Origin: Dehalococcoidia bacterium
GTDB taxonomy: Bacteria > Chloroflexota > Dehalococcoidia > SpSt-223
Assembly: GCA_025054935.1 (NCBI GenBank)
Contig: JANWZD010000001.1
Span: 201,008 to 265,007, forward strand
Direction of reading: 5' to 3'
Length of the DNA stretch: 64,000 nt
How positions within the stretch are numbered: the stretch's first letter is position 1; every line of letters begins with the position of its first letter. The notes under the pieces are model-generated. The model saw nothing but the letters and a program-made list of their open reading frames with translations, was not told the origin of the DNA and ran no database searches. A program made the position numbers and the translations under genes. This document shows, one piece after another, positions 18,002-27,317 of this stretch.

Positions 18002-18436
18002 TCAGGCCCATACCCAGGCGAGCGTAAAGCCGAGAAGCGCGCCGGCGACGACCTGGATGGGGGTGTGGCCGATGAGCTCGAAGAGCCGCTTCTCAGAGAA
18101 TCGATGCTCCACAAAGTACTCGTCGAGCATCCGGTTCAAAATGCCGGCCTGAATGCCCACAGCACGCCGGACGCCCGCGGCGTCATACATCACGATCGCC
18201 GCGAAGACGAGACTGAGCGCGAACAGCGGCGTATGCACGCCGTCCAGCTTGCCGATAACCGTGGCGAGGGACATGACGACTGCGGAATGAGCGCTCGGCA
18301 TGCCGCCGGGCCGGGTGAACGTCCGGGGGCTGAGGCGATGCTCGCGGATGAGGATCCAGAGCACCTTAATGCTTTGACTGAGTAGCCACGCGAAGAAAGG
18401 AATGGTCAGATATTTATTGGCAAGCAGCGCTTCCAT
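18002..18436 (-). CDS. Divergent PAP2 family membrane protein (YuiD-like, acid phosphatase/haloperoxidase-related)
   Basis: MEALLANKYLTIPFFAWLLSQSIKVLW...GGMPSAHSAVVMSLATVIG...MYDAAGVRRAVG matches the PF02681 'divergent PAP2' pattern (PSxHSA). Start ATG 18436. Confidence 0.75.
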   Translation of the reverse strand: MEALLANKYLTIPFFAWLLSQSIKVLWILIREHRLSPRTFTRPGGMPSAHSAVVMSLATVIGKLDGVHTPLFALSLVFAAIVMYDAAGVRRAVGIQAGILNRMLDEYFVEHRFSEKRLFELIGHTPIQVVAGALLGFTLAWVWA

Positions 18437-18512
18437 CGTGTCTACGCCGAGAGCGGCTGGCGGACGGGAGCTCGCCGGTCTGCGCGACCTGGCGCGCCTC
18501 TCGTCGATCGGC

Positions 18513-18728
18513 TCAGCGCGGCGGAAGGTCGGTCTCGTCTTGGAGTTGGACGAGGCGAAGCTCCGCCGTTTCGATAATGGTGGCACAGGTCTTGACGAGG
18601 CGCATCCCCTGTTCGTAAAGCCCCATCGCCTCTTCCAGCTCGAGCCCCCCTTCTTCGAGCCGTTGGACGATCGCCTGCAGCTGGGCAAAGGCAGCCTCGA
18701 AGGTTAGGGGGGCAACGTCATTCGTCAT
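18513..18728 (-). CDS. xseB: Exodeoxyribonuclease VII small subunit
   Basis: 71 aa; FEAAFAQLQAIVQRLEEGGLELEEAMGLYEQGMRLVKTC is the canonical XseB sequence. Overlaps the xseA stop by 11 nt. Confidence 0.85.
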   Translation of the reverse strand: MTNDVAPLTFEAAFAQLQAIVQRLEEGGLELEEAMGLYEQGMRLVKTCATIIETAELRLVQLQDETDLPPR

Positions 18729-19929
18729 GGTACCCCTCGCTCTTCAACTCGATGGCGTTCGCGGTCGCGCGGACTGTCCCATCCACGAACAGAATGCGCA
18801 GCGTATCGCCCGCCTCTATCGCTGTTGCGCGCCGAACGACGGCGTGCCGGGTCGCATTTTCAACAACGGCGTAGCCTCGCGCCAGCGTTTGCGCCGGGCT
18901 GAGCGTTTCGAGGCGTTGGCGGATGCCGGCGAGATGGGCGGCGTGCAGCTGCAGCATCGCCCGCGCGCTGTCGCCGAGACGGCGGCCGAGATCGTCGACC
19001 TGCTGGCGCAGCCGGTTAAGGTCTGGCGCTGCCCGGTCAAGGCGGTGGCGGAGGAAGCGGAGCTCGGCTGCAGCCTCGGCGAGCCGGTTTGTCATCTCGC
19101 CGACCAGCGTGGCGCGACAAGACTCGAGCTGCGCCTGCAGCTCGGTGATGTCCGGAACGCACAGCATCGCCGCAGCAGAGGGGGTCGGTGCGCGGAGGTC
19201 GGCGACGTAGTCAGCGATCGTGAAGTCGGTCTCGTGGCCGACCGCCGAGACGACAGGGATACGGCTGGAAAAGATCGCCCGGGCGACACGTTCATCGTTG
19301 AAGCACCAGAGGTCTTCCGCTGACCCGCCGCCGCGCGCGACGATGATCAGGTCGATATCGTCGCGCGCGTTGACCCGCGCGATCGCCTCGGCGATCTGGG
19401 CGGGCGCCGCATCTCCTTGGACCTGACAGGGTGCAAGCACCAGCTCGACCAAAGGGTAGCGCTGGGCGATGATGGTGTAGATATCGTGCAGGACTGCCCC
19501 GCTCGGCGAGGTGACGAGCGCAATTCGGCGGGGGAAAGCAGGGAGCGGACGCTTGCGGGAGGGGTCGAACAGCCCTTCTGCTTCCAGCCTCGCTTTGAGA
19601 AGCTCGAACTGAAGCTGCAGGGCGCCGAGACCGGCAGGCTCGATGAGGTCGGCGACAATCTGCAGCTCGCCGCGCGCCTCATAAACCGACAGGCGGCCAT
19701 GGACGACGACGTGGTCTCCATCGGCGATCGAGTGCGCGGACTTCCCTCGGCGGAAGAAGACACACTTAATCGCCGCGTTCGTGTCCTTCAGCGTGAAGTA
19801 CAGGTGGCCAGCCGTCGAACGGTACGAGTTCGAGACCTCTCCCTCCACGAAAACGTCGGCGAGAGCGCTCTCTCGCTCAACAACCTCCCGGAGATAGCCG
19901 ACCAGCTCGGTCACCGAGAGAACCGTCAT
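18718..19929 (-). CDS. xseA: Exodeoxyribonuclease VII large subunit
   Basis: N-terminal OB fold (LSVTELVGYLREVVE...VFVEGEVSN...HLYFTLKD). Catalytic core with conserved motifs. 403 aa. Confidence 0.9.
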   Translation of the reverse strand: MTVLSVTELVGYLREVVERESALADVFVEGEVSNSYRSTAGHLYFTLKDTNAAIKCVFFRRGKSAHSIADGDHVVVHGRLSVYEARGELQIVADLIEPAGLGALQLQFELLKARLEAEGLFDPSRKRPLPAFPRRIALVTSPSGAVLHDIYTIIAQRYPLVELVLAPCQVQGDAAPAQIAEAIARVNARDDIDLIIVARGGGSAEDLWCFNDERVARAIFSSRIPVVSAVGHETDFTIADYVADLRAPTPSAAAMLCVPDITELQAQLESCRATLVGEMTNRLAEAAAELRFLRHRLDRAAPDLNRLRQQVDDLGRRLGDSARAMLQLHAAHLAGIRQRLETLSPAQTLARGYAVVENATRHAVVRRATAIEAGDTLRILFVDGTVRATANAIELKSEGYHDE

Positions 19930-20378
19930 GGCTGCGGCGTCCCAATCCGGAAGAGCGGCTGGCCGTAGCCGACCCCTTCGCCATCGGCGACGAGCACCTC
20001 AAGGATCGTCCCGGCGCATTCCGCGATCACGTCATGCACAACCTGCACTGCTTCGATAACGGCAAGGCGCTGGCCGGCCTCCACCGTTTGGCCGACGTCG
20101 ACGAGGGGCGGACCGTCAACTGTCGCGCTGCGTCGGAACCAGCCGACGACCGGAGCCGTGACGATGGTGCTGTCCTCCTCTGCCTGCAGCGCAAGCGGGG
20201 CAGCCTCATCTCCACTCGGTGCCGGCGCAGGCGCCGCCATGCTCCGCCGGATGCGCAGCCGCACCCCTCGGCGTTCGAACTCCAGCTCTTCGACATCGGA
20301 GTGGGCAAGAAGCCGGAGAATGTCGGTTGCCTCTCCGGTGAGGTAGGCGATGGGGTCGGGTGGGTCCTGGTCGGCCAC
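19926..20378 (-). CDS. Biotin carboxyl carrier protein (AccB)-like protein lacking the canonical biotinyl-lysine
   Basis: BCCP N-domain (ATDILRLLAHSDVEELEFERRGVRLRIRR) and biotinyl-domain fold (GQTVEAGQRLAVIEAVQVVHDVIAECAGTILEVLV). Where E. coli BCCP has EAMKM, this protein reads EAVQV, with codon CAG (Gln) at the Lys position. Confidence 0.75.
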   Translation of the reverse strand: MADQDPPDPIAYLTGEATDILRLLAHSDVEELEFERRGVRLRIRRSMAAPAPAPSGDEAAPLALQAEEDSTIVTAPVVGWFRRSATVDGPPLVDVGQTVEAGQRLAVIEAVQVVHDVIAECAGTILEVLVADGEGVGYGQPLFRIGTPQP

Positions 20379-20383
20379 GGCGC

Positions 20384-20947
20384 TTAGCTCGTCACCCGCT
20401 CGATATAGCTTCCATCCCGCGTATCGATGCGGAGAATATCGCCGACGTTGATGAAAAACGGCACATTGACGACGACGCCCGTCTCCAGCGTCGCCGGTTT
20501 GGTGCTCCCGCTGGCAGTGTCGCCTTTGAAGCCGGGCGGCGTGTCGACCACCGCGAGGTCAACCGTGAACGGCAGCTCCAAGCTGATCGGGATCTCGTCC
20601 TGGAGGAGCAGGTCGAGCGTCATCCCCTCTTTCATGAACGGCGCGGCATCGGCCACCTGCTCGGCGTTCATCTCAAACTGCTCGAACGTCTCGCGGTCCA
20701 TGAAGTGGAAAGTGTCGCCGTCGCGGTAGAGGAATTCGACCGGCCGGCGGTCGAGGCGAACGCGATTGAACTTTTCTCCCGCTTGGAAAGTCCGTTCGAT
20801 GGTGTGGCCGGCTTTCACATCCTTCAGCTTGAGCCGGATCTGGGCGCTCCCCCGCCCCATTTTGATGTGCTGGTACTCCACGACGCTGTAGAGCTTGCCG
20901 TCGAGCTCGATGACAATGCCGCGGCGGAGATCCCCGACGCCGATCAT
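20384..20947 (-). CDS. efp: Elongation factor P
   Basis: 187 aa, canonical EF-P three-domain sequence. The loop residue equivalent to E. coli K34 is Arg (KMGRGSA). Confidence 0.9.
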   Translation of the reverse strand: MIGVGDLRRGIVIELDGKLYSVVEYQHIKMGRGSAQIRLKLKDVKAGHTIERTFQAGEKFNRVRLDRRPVEFLYRDGDTFHFMDRETFEQFEMNAEQVADAAPFMKEGMTLDLLLQDEIPISLELPFTVDLAVVDTPPGFKGDTASGSTKPATLETGVVVNVPFFINVGDILRIDTRDGSYIERVTS

Positions 20948-22026
20948 CCTCTCCTCCTGATCGCTGGCTCTTTGGGCGCTTTGCTCAGCACACGCACGCC
21001 CTCCTCTTCCAGCACAACAAGATCTTCGATCCGCACCCCGAACTTGCCGGGGAGGTAAATGCCGGGCTCGACCGAAAAGACCATCCCAGGCTGCAGCACG
21101 TCTTCACTCTCGCGGCGGACGAGGGGTCCCTCATGGGTCTGCAGTCCGATCCCATGGCCGAGGCTGTGCCCGAACTGGTCGCCGTAGCCCGCTTCGGCGA
21201 TCAGATCGCGCGCGATCTTGTCTGCCTCGCCCCCTTTCATCCCCGGCCGAATCCCAGCCTCGGCCGCCTGCTGCGCTCGCAGGACGATGTCATAGATCTC
21301 AAGGTAGTAGGGGTCCGGCTCTCCGAGGCAGAACGTTCGGGTCAGGTCGCTGCGATAGCCATCGACGATGCAGCCGAGATCGAGGACAATCGGCTCGCCC
21401 GCCTCGATCCGCTTCCTTGTCGGCTGGGCATGGGGAAGCGCGCCCCGCGCGCCGCTTCCCACGATCACGGAGAAGGCGAGGCCTTCTGCGCCCGCCTCGC
21501 GCATCCGCTTCTCGAGCTCCCACGCTACCTCGAGTTCGGTGACCCCCGGACGAAGCCAAGCGGCAACCGCCTCGACAGCGGCGTCAGCGATGGCGACGGC
21601 GCGCTCGATCGCATTCAATTCCTCGCGGTCCTTGATCATCCGCACCGGCTCCACTATCTCTTTGGTCGGCACAAGCTCGATCCCCGCCTCCGCGGCAGCG
21701 GCCTGCAACTGCTCCCATTGGAGGTAGGTCAGTGCGCCGGCCTCAAACCCCAGCTGCGTCAGCCCAAAATCGCTTTTGAGCGCCGGCAGTTCTTTGAGGA
21801 GGCCGTTCTCCAGCTTGCGGACGACGAAATGAGGCGCTTCCTCGGCCGCTTGTTCGACATAGCGAAAGTCGGTGAGGAGCACGGCCTCGGTCGGCGTGAT
21901 CAGGAGATGGCCGGCAGAGCCGGTGAACCCGCTCAGATAGCGCCGGTTCTCAGCACTGCTGATGAGGATGGCTGGCAGGGAGCGCGCTGCCAAGATCGCG
22001 CGGACACGCTCTACTCGATCGCTCAT
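20944..22026 (-). CDS. pepP: Xaa-Pro aminopeptidase / M24 family metallopeptidase
   Basis: From MSDRVERVRAILAARSLPAILISS... to HGIGLQTHEGP...VFSVEPGIY, i.e. Creatinase_N plus the M24 'pita-bread' metal ligands. ATG 22026; the 4 nt overlap with efp suggests an operon. The N-terminal part of ORF-track frame 20944..22269 is a spurious extension. Confidence 0.85.
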   Translation of the reverse strand: MSDRVERVRAILAARSLPAILISSAENRRYLSGFTGSAGHLLITPTEAVLLTDFRYVEQAAEEAPHFVVRKLENGLLKELPALKSDFGLTQLGFEAGALTYLQWEQLQAAAAEAGIELVPTKEIVEPVRMIKDREELNAIERAVAIADAAVEAVAAWLRPGVTELEVAWELEKRMREAGAEGLAFSVIVGSGARGALPHAQPTRKRIEAGEPIVLDLGCIVDGYRSDLTRTFCLGEPDPYYLEIYDIVLRAQQAAEAGIRPGMKGGEADKIARDLIAEAGYGDQFGHSLGHGIGLQTHEGPLVRRESEDVLQPGMVFSVEPGIYLPGKFGVRIEDLVVLEEEGVRVLSKAPKEPAIRRRG

Positions 22027-22049
22027 CGCTTCCTCGTTGTGCGTAGAGT

Positions 22050-24299
22050 CTACCGGCGCGCGCCGGCCGGCGTCCGGTCGCCACGGGAAGAGCGGGCCGT
22101 GCGGGACGTTCGGCGCGAGGTCGTGCTGCCGGCGCCCTGCTTCGCGGCCGAGCCGGTTGGGCTCGTCTGCGCGGCGGCAGCAGGCGCTGGCTCGCGGATG
22201 ACGGGGTTTTCCGTCAAACATCGCGCGCCGCTCGCCGTCTGCACCTGGAAGCCGCCGCAGTTGGGGCAAGGCTCAGGAAGAGGGCGGTCCCACACTGTGA
22301 AAGTGCAGGCGGGATAGCGGTCGCAGCCGTAGAAGGTACGACCTTTCTTGCTCGACCGGACGACAAGCTCTCCCTCGGCGCACGCCGGACAGCGGACGCC
22401 GACCTTCTCCAGAAGCGGCTTTGCGTTCCGGCAGGTCGGAAAGCCGCTGCAGGCGATGAAGCGCCCGAAGCGCCCCCGTTTGATCACGAGGGGACGCCCG
22501 CATTTGTCACAGTCTTCGCCGTACGGCTCATCTTCCACCTTCACCGTCGGCATCGCCTCGGCGGCGCGCTCAACCTCCCGGTGGAAGGGGAGGTAGAAGT
22601 CGCGCAGCACCGGAACCCATTCGCGCTCTCCATTGGCGATGTCGTCCAACTGCTCCTCGAGCTGCGCCGTGAAGCCGACGTCGACGATATTGGGGAAGTA
22701 GGTCACGAGCAGGTCGTTGACGGTGACCCCGAGCTCTGTGGGCACCAGCCGGCGGTCAACGCGCTTGACATATCCCCGTTCGATAATCGTCGAGATGATG
22801 GGGGCATAGGTGCTGGGCCGTCCGATCCCCTGCTCCTCTAGCGCCTTGACGAGCGAGGCTTCGGTATAGCGCGGGGGCGGCTGCGTGAAGTGCTGCTCCG
22901 GAACGAGCGCGACGAGGTCGAGCTGATCGCCGACTTGGAGCGCCGGCAGCGGGCGTTTTCCCTCGTCGTCGACTTCCCCCTCCTCATCTGTGCTCTCGCG
23001 ATACAGTTCGAGGAAGCCGGGGAACTTGATGACCGACCCGCTTGCGCGGAGCAGATAGTCTGTTCCGCTCGGCGTGTCGCTGGCGCGGATCTCCACCGTC
23101 GTCGTGTCGAGGGTGGCGGCTTCCATCTGGCTGGCGACGAAGCGCTTCCAAATGAGTTCGTAGAGGCGATACTGCTCCGGGGTGAGCGCCGCTTTGATGC
23201 GCTCCGGCTCGCGGAACGTACTCGTCGGGCGGATCGCTTCGTGCGCCTCTTGCGCGTTGCGGGCTTTCTTTGTGAAAACTCGCGGGGCGGCAGGCACAAA
23301 GTCGCCGCCGAACTTCTGCGCGATGTACCGGCGCGCCTCCTGCTGAGCCGACTCGGCGACGTGTGTCGAGTCCGTGCGCATATAGGTGATGAGCCCGACG
23401 CTTTCTCCCTCGTCAGGCAGGTAAATGCCCTCGTACAGCTGCTGGGCGACGAGCATCGTCCGTTTGGCGGTGAAGCGCAGCTTGCGCGCTGCTTCCTGCT
23501 GGAGGGTGCTTGTCGTAAAGGGAGGCGCGGGCTGCCGCTGCACCTCCCGTCGGCGCACCTCGGCGACAGTGAATGTCGCCGGCCGGAGGTCAGCAACAAG
23601 CGCCGAGGCCCGTTCCTCGTTCGGGATCGTGAGCTTTTCGCGCTGCCCCCACTGCCCGATCAGGCTCGCCCGAAATTGATCGCGCTTGCTCCGAGACTGC
23701 TGCTTTGTCAGGTCGGCGTCGATCGTCCAATACTCGGTCGGCACAAACGCGGCGATCTCCCGCTCTCGGTCGACAATCAGCCGCACTGCCACGGATTGGA
23801 CACGGCCGGCGGAGAGCCGCCCTTTCACTTTCCGCCACAGGAGCGGGCTGAGCTCATAGCCGACTAAGCGATCGAGGATCCGGCGCGCCTGCTGGGCGTT
23901 CACCAGTTCCATGTCGATCGTGCGCGGGTGACGGAAGGCTTCAGTCACCGCCTCCTTTGTGATCTCATGGAAGACCACGCGCCGTACCTTGGCCGGGTCG
24001 ACGCCGGTCGCCTCCGCGAGGTGCCACGAGATTGCCTCTCCTTCTCGATCGGGGTCGGTGGCGAGCCAGACCGACGGCGCCTCTTTGACCGCCTCGCGCA
24101 GTTCTTTGATCAGCTCCTTTTTCTCGCGCGGAACGAGATATTTCGGAGCGAAATCGTGCTCGACATCCACGCCGAGCTGGCTCTTCGGCAGGTCGCGGAC
24201 GTGTCCGAGTGACGCTCGAACCGAGTAGCGAGCCCCGAGAAACCGGCTCAGGGTTTTGGCTTTCGTGGGCGACTCGACAATGACGAGGTCTTTTGCCAT
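22050..24299 (-). CDS. topA: DNA topoisomerase I with C-terminal zinc-ribbon repeats
   Basis: TOPRIM N-terminus (LVIVESPTKAKT...GHVRDLP). Catalytic Tyr region. Three to four C4 zinc ribbons (CDKCGRPL..C; CPACAEGELV; CPNCGG). Basic tail. Confidence 0.9.
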   Translation of the reverse strand: MAKDLVIVESPTKAKTLSRFLGARYSVRASLGHVRDLPKSQLGVDVEHDFAPKYLVPREKKELIKELREAVKEAPSVWLATDPDREGEAISWHLAEATGVDPAKVRRVVFHEITKEAVTEAFRHPRTIDMELVNAQQARRILDRLVGYELSPLLWRKVKGRLSAGRVQSVAVRLIVDREREIAAFVPTEYWTIDADLTKQQSRSKRDQFRASLIGQWGQREKLTIPNEERASALVADLRPATFTVAEVRRREVQRQPAPPFTTSTLQQEAARKLRFTAKRTMLVAQQLYEGIYLPDEGESVGLITYMRTDSTHVAESAQQEARRYIAQKFGGDFVPAAPRVFTKKARNAQEAHEAIRPTSTFREPERIKAALTPEQYRLYELIWKRFVASQMEAATLDTTTVEIRASDTPSGTDYLLRASGSVIKFPGFLELYRESTDEEGEVDDEGKRPLPALQVGDQLDLVALVPEQHFTQPPPRYTEASLVKALEEQGIGRPSTYAPIISTIIERGYVKRVDRRLVPTELGVTVNDLLVTYFPNIVDVGFTAQLEEQLDDIANGEREWVPVLRDFYLPFHREVERAAEAMPTVKVEDEPYGEDCDKCGRPLVIKRGRFGRFIACSGFPTCRNAKPLLEKVGVRCPACAEGELVVRSSKKGRTFYGCDRYPACTFTVWDRPLPEPCPNCGGFQVQTASGARCLTENPVIREPAPAAAAQTSPTGSAAKQGAGSTTSRRTSRTARSSRGDRTPAGARR

Positions 24300-24468
24300 G
24301 AGGGCAATTTCCAGCTAAAAGGATACCCCTCTCGTGCGAAGACCGCTCGGACAGGTCGTCCGAGCGGCTCCTTCCTGAGTGTACCAAAGGGGGATCGGCG
24401 GGTCCAAGGCGCTCGTCGCTCATTTCTCCCCTCTCGCGCTACACTTTTCCCGCTGCACTGGAGGAGCG

Positions 24469-24921
24469 ATGAAGATCGTCGTCGGAAGCGATGAGCGGAC
24501 ACCCCTTACTGACGCGGTCGTGCGCGAATTGCGCGAGCGCGGGCATGAGGTCGAAATGCTGCTCCCCGACCCGGGGGCGACCCTCCCGTGGGCCGAGGTG
24601 GGGGCGTGGGTTGGCTGGAAGGTAGCGCGCGGCGAGGCGGAGCAAGGCGTGCTGTTCTGCTGGACAGGCACCGGCGTCAGCATGGCGGCGAACAAAGTGC
24701 CCGGCGTGCGTGCCGCGCTCTGCGGCGACCCCGAGACAGCGCGCGGCGCCCGCCGGTGGAATGACGCCAATGTGCTTGTGATGAGCCTGCGCGCTACTGC
24801 TGAGCCGGTCGCTAAGGAGATCCTTGACGCATGGTTCAGCACGCCGCCGAGCGACCAGCCAGAGGACCGCGCCAATATCGCCAAACTCGAAGAAATCGCC
24901 CAGTCCCCCTCCCTCGCCTGA
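24469..24921 (+). CDS. rpiB: Ribose-5-phosphate isomerase B (RpiB/LacAB family)
   Basis: MKIVVGSDERTPLTDAVVRELRERGHEV...CWTGTGVSMAANKVPGVRAALC matches RpiB. GGAGGAG SD 6 nt upstream. Confidence 0.85.
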   Translation: MKIVVGSDERTPLTDAVVRELRERGHEVEMLLPDPGATLPWAEVGAWVGWKVARGEAEQGVLFCWTGTGVSMAANKVPGVRAALCGDPETARGARRWNDANVLVMSLRATAEPVAKEILDAWFSTPPSDQPEDRANIAKLEEIAQSPSLA

Positions 24922-24993
24922 GCGTCCCGCAGGCGAGGACACCCCCTTCCTCGGCGGGCACCGCCGCGCAGCGGGGCTGCTTCCGCTGCGTAC

Positions 24994-25022
24994 TTGACAG
25001 TGCCGATCACTGCGAGTAGGGT
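24994..25022 (+). promoter_or_regulatory. Near-consensus sigma70 promoter TTGACA - 17 nt - TAGGGT ending 6 nt before the LLM gene ATG (implies a leaderless mRNA)
   Basis: cgtacTTGACAgtgccgatcactgcgagTAGGGTtctcgcATG; the spacer is exactly 17 nt, so the predicted TSS falls at or near the A of ATG 25029. Confidence 0.45.
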
Positions 25023-25028
25023 TCTCGC

Positions 25029-26129
25029 ATGCACGCAGGACTGTATCTCAACCCCCAGACTCGCGGCCCCGAAGACGACCACGGCATCATTCAAGCAGTG
25101 ATCGATCACACTCGGCTGGCTGAGCGTGTTGGCTTTCGCGCCGTCTGGGCGACGGAGCACGCCTTCACGGGGTACAACGCCTACAGCGACCCCATCGTGC
25201 TCGGAAGCCATTTGGCCGCGGTGGCACCGCGGCTGCATATCGGCTTTTCGGTGGCGGTCGGCCCGCTGCATCACCCGATCCGGTTCGCGACTCAAGTCGC
25301 GCTCCTCGATAACCTGACAAATGGCAAGACGATCGCGGGGGTGGGGAGCGGGATCGGCCCGGATGAATATGCCGGCTACGGGCTTGACGCTAAGGACCGG
25401 CATCAGCTTTTTGACGCCTGGGCCGAGATTGTCCTCGGGGCGTGGCAGCATCGTGGGCCGGAGCCGTTCGTCTACGAAACGCCATGGTGGAGAGGCAAGG
25501 TCGACGGCCGGATCATTCCCGCTCCGGTCCAGAAGCCCTATCCCCTTTTTGCGCGCGCGACGCTCACGCCCGCCTTCTGCCGCAGGTGGGGGAAGATGGC
25601 GCAGCCGCTGCTTCTCTCGCTGACGGCCGGCACCGGCGAGCTGCTTTGGAACTCCTATCTCGATGGCCTTGCGGAGAGCGACGCGCCGGAGGAGCAGAAA
25701 CGCCGCGCTCTGGAGTGGAGCTGCTTCACCCAGCAGACCCATATCAGCGACGCAGCTGACCCTGTCGCTGAGATCTGGGAATACTCTAAATACTACCTGC
25801 ACAAAGGCGTGCGGGCGAACATGGGCTACGACTGGGCACCGCCCGAGGAGTGGGAGCGACGCAAGGCAAACTACCGACGGGGGACAATGCTCGCCGGCTC
25901 GCCGCAGAAGGTGCTGGAGAAGCTTGCGCCCTGGGCAGAGCGCGGTCTCGGTCATGTCATGATCTGGGCGTACTTCGGGGCGATGCCGCCGGAACTGGCT
26001 GCCGAGACAATCCAGCGGTTCGGCGAAGAAGTGCTTCCCCACCTCGAGCGGATTCGCCCCGCTGCCCCCAGCAAAGCGCCGGTTCCTGAAGGCGTCGAAG
26101 CAGCCCGCCCGACGATCCTGGCGCCGTAG
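25029..26129 (+). CDS. LLM class flavin/F420-dependent oxidoreductase (luciferase-like monooxygenase family)
   Basis: TIM-barrel LLM hallmark N-terminus (GFRAVWATEHAFTGYNAYSDP) and overall length. Paralogue of the gene at 51591..52730. Confidence 0.8.
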   Translation: MHAGLYLNPQTRGPEDDHGIIQAVIDHTRLAERVGFRAVWATEHAFTGYNAYSDPIVLGSHLAAVAPRLHIGFSVAVGPLHHPIRFATQVALLDNLTNGKTIAGVGSGIGPDEYAGYGLDAKDRHQLFDAWAEIVLGAWQHRGPEPFVYETPWWRGKVDGRIIPAPVQKPYPLFARATLTPAFCRRWGKMAQPLLLSLTAGTGELLWNSYLDGLAESDAPEEQKRRALEWSCFTQQTHISDAADPVAEIWEYSKYYLHKGVRANMGYDWAPPEEWERRKANYRRGTMLAGSPQKVLEKLAPWAERGLGHVMIWAYFGAMPPELAAETIQRFGEEVLPHLERIRPAAPSKAPVPEGVEAARPTILAP

Positions 26130-26135
26130 CCCGCG

Positions 26136-27317
26136 CTAGCGGCTCAGTTCGCGCAGCCGAGCGAGAAACTGCCGCGCGCGCGCTTGGTAGTCGGCCTCGA
26201 GAAGCGCGAGGGCGTCCTCCTCACTGCTACCGCTGGCGAGCAGTTCCGCGCCTCGGCGCAGCACTGCCGCACGATCTTCTTCCTGCGCCTCGCGCAGCGC
26301 TTGGAGGGCTGCGGCCGACCAAGCGCTGAGCGGGGTTTCCGGCGGCTGTCCGACCGCGGCATTCAGTTCTTCCCGGCTTGCGGGACGACGGAGAAGGCGC
26401 CGCAGCCGCGCCTCTTGCGCACGTCGCTCATCCAGCAGGGGCCGCGCGCGCTCGATCGCTGCGGCAGTGGAGCGAATAGCGTGGCGGCGGCACCACGCTT
26501 CAACCGCATCGAGCGAGGCCGGCAGCGTCGCGGCGTGTTCGGCGAAGAGCGGCCGCGTGAGGCGGCCGACCGCCCCCGCAACGGCGGCGCCAAGACGGTA
26601 GTAGGCTTCGGCGAGGTCAAAGTCGTCGTGAATCGGCCCGATTTCATCGAGCTCGGTCAGCCAAGCGGCAATCGGTGCGGCAGGCAGCGGCGGGAAGAAC
26701 TCTTCGATGGCGGCATCCACCCAGCGGATGAGGGGACGGCCCGGGACCCGCGCGCGTCGGTTTGACTGGCTGGGGGGAGAGACGAGCGCGCCGGGCACCA
26801 GGCGCTCGGTCCAGTCCCCCCGCAGACGATGCTGAAGGGCCATCTCGAGACGGGCGGCAAACCGCTCGCCGAGAAGCTGCCCCGCCGCGACGGCGACCTC
26901 GACCCCGATCTGTCCTGCCTCGGCGTGGTCGAGCGAAAATTTGAAATCGACCGGCTGGATGATGACAGCGCGGTGGGATCGTCCGACGACGAGGGCATCC
27001 GGCGCCCGCTGACCGGCCACGCTCAGTCGAAGGCCGAACTCAGCGTCAATGCCCAGCGGCACCACGGCGAGCGGGCGATACCGCTCCCCGCCCGGCAGGA
27101 GCCACGGGCGCCGATCGTCGAGCAGCCGCGCCGCAGCGTAGCGTTCCCACGCGCTGCCAAGGTGGTTACTCGCGTGGCCCCAATCGCCGAGGCGGCGGAT
27201 CTCCGCGAGCGACCACGGGATCTTCTGCCATCCAGCCGGGCGGCGCTTGATCGCCTCGTGGGCGTTCCCCGACCCGCCTCGCTGGCTGACCGGTGCTGCC
27301 GAGGCTGAAGGGGACAC
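26136..27317 (-). CDS. Hypothetical protein (393 aa), last gene of the yebC operon
   Basis: Long protein-like ORF. Start abuts the stop of the upstream Trm112-like gene. I recognise no family. Contains PLGIDAEFGLRL, weakly reminiscent of an actin-like/ASKHA phosphate-1 motif. Confidence 0.55.
   Translation of the reverse strand: MSPSASAAPVSQRGGSGNAHEAIKRRPAGWQKIPWSLAEIRRLGDWGHASNHLGSAWERYAAARLLDDRRPWLLPGGERYRPLAVVPLGIDAEFGLRLSVAGQRAPDALVVGRSHRAVIIQPVDFKFSLDHAEAGQIGVEVAVAAGQLLGERFAARLEMALQHRLRGDWTERLVPGALVSPPSQSNRRARVPGRPLIRWVDAAIEEFFPPLPAAPIAAWLTELDEIGPIHDDFDLAEAYYRLGAAVAGAVGRLTRPLFAEHAATLPASLDAVEAWCRRHAIRSTAAAIERARPLLDERRAQEARLRRLLRRPASREELNAAVGQPPETPLSAWSAAALQALREAQEEDRAAVLRRGAELLASGSSEEDALALLEADYQARARQFLARLRELSR

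Noticed and set aside
21133-22317. 394 aa + strand ORF and 22890..23867 (325 aa +)
   Set aside because: Antisense to pepP and topA respectively.
24968-24989. Hairpin GCAGCGG-ggctgctt-CCGCTGC after rpiB
   Set aside because: Possible weak terminator but lacks a U-tract, and it overlaps the -35 of the downstream promoter. Too uncertain to list.
24420-26042. 540 aa - strand ORF
   Set aside because: Antisense to rpiB and the LLM oxidoreductase; Arg/Ser/Pro-rich.
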